DNA from: a virus
Lineage: Duplodnaviria > Caudoviricetes
Direction: 5' to 3' (one strand)
IMG/VR virus record: IMGVR_UViG_3300027714_000092
Location: 1 to 27,736 of that record
DNA: 27,736 nucleotides
Shown: one piece after another, positions 23,899-27,736 of the stretch
Position numbering within the stretch: the first letter of the stretch is position 1
Layout: each line of letters opens with the position of its first letter
Program-made: the position numbers and the translations under genes
Notes under the pieces: model-generated
Databases searched by the model: none
Seen by the model: the letters and a program-made list of their open reading frames with translations, nothing else
What the model was told of the DNA's origin: nothing

Positions 23899-26762
23899 TG
23901 GCAGCGACAATACAACATATAGAGTTACCGAAAAAACCTAGGGTAAAAGATACTTCAGGGAACAACAACCACGGTAAGATATACTCTGGTCGAGCGTTAG
24001 AGTTCGATGGGGTTGAGGATCATTTGGATGGTGGCGCAATGCGAGTTTTATCTACTGGAGCCTGGACAGTTGGTGCTTGGATAAACACAAGCATCACTAC
24101 TAGGCAATATCTTTCTAGTGGAGACACTCAAGCTGTTAGCTCAAATGCTATTGCTTTGGTGAATACTAAACTAGCTATATATGATCAAGACAGCTCCCCT
24201 AAAAGTTGGAGGTACGCTAACACGGTGATAAATGTAAACACTTGGTATAGGGCTCTATGGGTTTATAACGGCGCTGGTGAGCTTACGTTTTATTTAAACG
24301 GGGTCGCAGATGGGGTTGTTTCGGTTGGGACTAGTGCTGACAATCTTCAGACTAGGTACGTGGGAAGAGAATCAAATTCGGGTGGTTACAAATGGACAGG
24401 CATGCTCGCTGATTACCAAGCTTGGGATACAGCGTTTACGGCCACTGACGCCGCTTACGACTACGCCAACCCAGAATCTTTAGCGTTAAACGCTAGCGGT
24501 ACGGCTTTAACCGAGGGTAACCTTAAACTATGGTACCCGATGCAAGATGGGCACAGAGGCCAGCAGTCGTATATTTTAGATGGGGCTAATACTGGACTTG
24601 CAGACACCATAGTCACAAACGGAACGTTCACTGGAATTACACAAGGTGAAAGCACAACAGGTAGCGAGTGGACGACTGAAGCAGACTGGACTATATCAGG
24701 TGGTAAAGCGTCAGTGGATTGCACTGGTTCAAAGCAGATTTTTCAATCTATACCTCTAGTATCTGGTGGATCGTATAAAATAACTGGCACAGTTGAAGAT
24801 TATGTTGAAGGAACAATGCAAGTTCAGTTTGGCAATAGTCAAGTACTTGGACCTTCAGCACAAAAAAACGGACCGTTTACTATGTACGCGAACTCAACCG
24901 TGGGCACGGAGTCACTAAGAATATACGGTATGGACACCTCAAAGTTTTCTATCGCAGACATCTCAGTACAACCCATTAACGTTAAAAACCACGCGACAAC
25001 GGTGTTTCACGGGGACATGACTGCTTTATGTCCAGATGTAGCAAATGCATCTAATTTTGGAAAACTATATAACACGGCTAATACAAAATTTGATTTCACG
25101 CAGGAATCAGCGGCTTTTTCTGGTGGTGATGGCTACGATGTACTAGCTAACTCTGCTTTTGTAATTCATGAAAATGATTCAACCGCCCTTATAGAAACTG
25201 ATAACAGTAATACTGGTTTAGAGATAAAAAATGGAACTGCGCAGCAAGGTGGGATTAGATCTGGAGCAATTACCACAGTTCCAGGAAGAACTTATCAACT
25301 TGATGTTACGCATACCTTAACGTCAGAAAGTTGGGTTGATCAAGATCTCAGAATACAAATTGGTACTGGCGCTGGATCTTCAAACATAGTAAACGCAACT
25401 AATTCTGACGGAACTTATTCAGTTGTATTTCAAGCTACCCAAACATCTACGCATATCATGTTTGGGCCTGCTAGTACCACTGATGGTGACGCTGTAAGAA
25501 TACAAACTATTCAGTTACGTGAAGTCGGCGTAGCTACAGGTTGGACAGATGCAGATCAGCAGTTAGATATCGCACAAACGGCTTTGCAGTCGTATAACGA
25601 ACTCGCTTGGTTTGACGGAGGAGATAATTTAGTTCAATTGTCAGATCCATATAGCCACACATCTATTACCGTAAGCGCTTGGGTTTATCCTATACAAACA
25701 TCTGCAACTGCAGTTATATTTGCAAATAGAGATTCCTCCACTGATGGGCTTCTTTTTTATTGGGCCGCGAATTTAAGTTTAGTTGCTAAATTAAATAATG
25801 AATCTATGGATTCAGGATCGGATTTAATTGAGGGTGAATGGCAGCATGTTGCGTTTACACATAACGGTAGTAGCCAAGCCTTTTATATTAATGGGGTGCA
25901 AGTAGATACTGAAAGCAATACAGAGGCTTTGAGTGTAACGACGAACGCTAGGTTGATGAAAGACTCTTACGCGAATCAATACTACTCCAGCGGTTCTATA
26001 ACAGAGGTGTCTATATGGGCTGCAGCTTTAACGGCGACGGAAGTATTGGAGTTATATAATGATGGTAAAGCATTAGACGCTACCATGCATTCAAAAGCTA
26101 TCGCAGCAAGCACTAATTTAAAAGGATATTTTAGAAACAATGGTTTATCTACTTGGACAGATTTATCTACAAACTCTAACGACGGAGCTGTAACAGGAAC
26201 CGAAACCCTCTTAATCCCACAAGGCGTAGACGGATTGAGAGATGCACAAGGGTTTATTATGAATAAACCTGGGAATACGAGTAGTTTGAATTTAACTAAT
26301 GGTAGTGATGGTCCATACGTGGACTTGGGGAGTGTTACTATTATAGCTGATGACGCGGCTGCTAGTTTTGTAATGTGGATAAAACCTGATGATATAACTA
26401 ATAATTACCTTTTAGCCACTACTTCAGGTAGTGATTATATAAGAATTCTCAACGCTACGACCTTAAAGTTCGTAGCAGACTCAGCAACCGCGGATTTTAC
26501 AGTGGGAGCTATTACTCCTAAGGATTGGATTCACGTAGCGTTTGTTAGGGCTGCTAATGATGGGATGACAGTTTATATTAATGGTGATTTGAGTGATGAC
26601 AACGAAACTTTAAATGAACCATTTGATTATAGATATATTGGTGGTTTAACTTCAGATACTTTTAGAGGTGAAATAGACGGTTTCCTCATATATAGCGACG
26701 CGCTATCAGGACCAGAAGTACAAAAAAATTACAAAGCTACAAAAGGTAGTCACAGAAACTAA
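23898..26762 (+). CDS. 954-aa multi-LamG tail/receptor-binding protein with CBM-like inserts
   Basis: Three LamG units (WTVGAWI, ITVSAWV, ASFVMWI, each with FY/VY.NG); NGTF..WTISGG CBM-like segment. Confidence 0.85.
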   Translation: MAATIQHIELPKKPRVKDTSGNNNHGKIYSGRALEFDGVEDHLDGGAMRVLSTGAWTVGAWINTSITTRQYLSSGDTQAVSSNAIALVNTKLAIYDQDSSPKSWRYANTVINVNTWYRALWVYNGAGELTFYLNGVADGVVSVGTSADNLQTRYVGRESNSGGYKWTGMLADYQAWDTAFTATDAAYDYANPESLALNASGTALTEGNLKLWYPMQDGHRGQQSYILDGANTGLADTIVTNGTFTGITQGESTTGSEWTTEADWTISGGKASVDCTGSKQIFQSIPLVSGGSYKITGTVEDYVEGTMQVQFGNSQVLGPSAQKNGPFTMYANSTVGTESLRIYGMDTSKFSIADISVQPINVKNHATTVFHGDMTALCPDVANASNFGKLYNTANTKFDFTQESAAFSGGDGYDVLANSAFVIHENDSTALIETDNSNTGLEIKNGTAQQGGIRSGAITTVPGRTYQLDVTHTLTSESWVDQDLRIQIGTGAGSSNIVNATNSDGTYSVVFQATQTSTHIMFGPASTTDGDAVRIQTIQLREVGVATGWTDADQQLDIAQTALQSYNELAWFDGGDNLVQLSDPYSHTSITVSAWVYPIQTSATAVIFANRDSSTDGLLFYWAANLSLVAKLNNESMDSGSDLIEGEWQHVAFTHNGSSQAFYINGVQVDTESNTEALSVTTNARLMKDSYANQYYSSGSITEVSIWAAALTATEVLELYNDGKALDATMHSKAIAASTNLKGYFRNNGLSTWTDLSTNSNDGAVTGTETLLIPQGVDGLRDAQGFIMNKPGNTSSLNLTNGSDGPYVDLGSVTIIADDAAASFVMWIKPDDITNNYLLATTSGSDYIRILNATTLKFVADSATADFTVGAITPKDWIHVAFVRAANDGMTVYINGDLSDDNETLNEPFDYRYIGGLTSDTFRGEIDGFLIYSDALSGPEVQKNYKATKGSHRN

Positions 26763-26767
26763 ATAGA

Positions 26768-27133
26768 ATGGCACATTACGAATTATATGTATGTTTAAGG
26801 AAAGCGGATTACGAAGCCGCAGTACCTAGCGTGTTACAACCTAAGCTTGGTTGGAATAACTACACGTACGAAGCAGATGGAGAGACTATAAAAACCACAA
26901 CGGCTTATACGCCAACTTGGAAAGAAGCTGCGTTTAAAGGCAAGCTAGGAGCTCCTAGAACAAGTATAGACGGAAATTTGATTATAGTCAAAGGAGAGTT
27001 TAGTCTACGCACAGGAGAGTTATCAGCTATTATAGCTTTAGGTAACGGACTTGCATATCCAAATAACTCCGTACTAACAAAAACAGAGGTACAAACATTA
27101 GCCTCAGGTGAATTATTCACCGCAGCAGAATAA
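26768..27133 (+). CDS. Hypothetical protein, 121 aa
   Basis: ORF track; tight packing. Confidence 0.75.
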   Translation: MAHYELYVCLRKADYEAAVPSVLQPKLGWNNYTYEADGETIKTTTAYTPTWKEAAFKGKLGAPRTSIDGNLIIVKGEFSLRTGELSAIIALGNGLAYPNNSVLTKTEVQTLASGELFTAAE

Positions 27134-27136
27134 CAA

Positions 27137-27457
27137 ATGAAAGTTTGCAAATGCGAAAATAAAGATGAGTATAAGAAAGGAGGTAAGACTCCTGCATGGA
27201 CGCGCAAAGAAGGTAAGAATCCTAAAGGAGGGTTAAACGCTAAAGGTGTTGCTTCTTACAGAAGAGCAAATCCTGGCAGTAAGCTTAAGATGGCTGTAAC
27301 GGGTAAAGTTAAAGCAGGATCTAAATCTGCTAAAAGGCGTAAATCCTTTTGTGCTAGAATGAGCGGTATGAAAGGTCCTATGAAAAAACCAAACGGTAAA
27401 CCTACAAGAAAGGCTTTGGCTCTACGTAAATGGCGTTGTAGAAAAAAATCAAAATGA
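27137..27457 (+). CDS. Basic DUF6321-like phage protein
   Basis: TPAWTRKEGKNPKGGLNAKG...RRKSFCARM...ALRKW pattern; also carries EYKKGG. Confidence 0.75.
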   Translation: MKVCKCENKDEYKKGGKTPAWTRKEGKNPKGGLNAKGVASYRRANPGSKLKMAVTGKVKAGSKSAKRRKSFCARMSGMKGPMKKPNGKPTRKALALRKWRCRKKSK

Positions 27458-27645
27458 AGACTGTAAAAAAAAATACAAAATTAAAAGTTTCTAGTAAAAA
27501 AGTAGAAGTAGCCCCTCCTAAGGGCTACCATTGGATGGAAGATCAAGGTAGGTATTACCTTATGGAAGGTGCTTATGCGCCTCATCCTGGTTCTGTAGAA
27601 AAAGCAATGTTTAAACTTTCCAGTCATAGCAAGGGCGGAAAATAA
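27454..27645 (+). CDS. Small basic hypothetical protein, 63 aa
   Basis: ATGA overlap; APPKGYHWM motif. Confidence 0.7.
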   Translation: MKTVKKNTKLKVSSKKVEVAPPKGYHWMEDQGRYYLMEGAYAPHPGSVEKAMFKLSSHSKGGK

Positions 27646-27662
27646 GACAACGTAATAATACT

Positions 27663-27670
27663 TATATTTG
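27663..27670 (+). promoter_or_regulatory. Bacteroidota -7 element TATATTTG
   Basis: Exact consensus upstream of the ATG at 27690. Confidence 0.7.
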
Positions 27671-27689
27671 CATATAAATAAATCTTAAA

Positions 27690-27736
27690 ATGGCTACGAT
27701 CACCGCAACAATAAATCTTACTAGTCCAGACATTAC
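27690..27736 (+). CDS. Start of putative structural protein (MATITATINLTSPDI...), truncated by window edge
   Basis: ATG after an A-rich leader and promoter; frame open to the end. Confidence 0.65.
   Translation, partial: MATITATINLTSPDI

Noticed and set aside
5064-27207. Short antisense or alternate-frame ORFs inside large plus-strand genes (e.g. 8955..9311, 13937..14263, 14874..15182, 22627..22968, 26905..27207)
   Set aside because: They overlap genes with clear motifs and show no independent signals.
3654-27645. Genome-wide stop-codon reassignment as in some crAss-like phages
   Set aside because: Long genes are intact and tightly packed under code 11.
1-27736. tRNA, rRNA, integrase or major capsid genes
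   Set aside because: None recognisable by eye in this window; tRNAscan and HMM searches were not run.

Overview
This is a 27.7-kb segment of an AT-rich tailed dsDNA phage genome. Its host is very probably a marine Bacteroidota (Flavobacteriia), based on TAnnTTTG-type promoters and a T9SS-sorted protein. Left (1-2283, minus strand): small early-type genes punctuated by five copies of an 18-bp palindrome, TGTACRCTYAAGYGTACA. Middle (2284-3653): a 1.37-kb non-coding divergence region densely tiled with four motif families: nine 25-bp double-IHF-like dyads, three Fur-box-like dyads, an inverted pair of DnaA-box-like 9-mers and four TGTTAA-N4-TGTTAA direct repeats. Right (3654-end, plus strand): putative virion/cargo proteins sharing a basic-basic-[YF]xxGG motif (two zincin HEXXH domains, an SLT muramidase), DUF5675, a GroES-like protein, HNH nucleases, terminase, portal and a BppU-like protein. 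These are followed by an envelope cassette (Cys-rich T9SS cargo, outer-membrane beta-barrel, membrane coiled-coil protein, CxxC-less thioredoxin) and LamG tail proteins. The best candidates for undescribed biology are the host-regulator binding-site array, the [YF]xxGG tag/polyprotein system and the phage-encoded T9SS/OMP cassette. All family calls come from motif recognition by eye; no searches were run.
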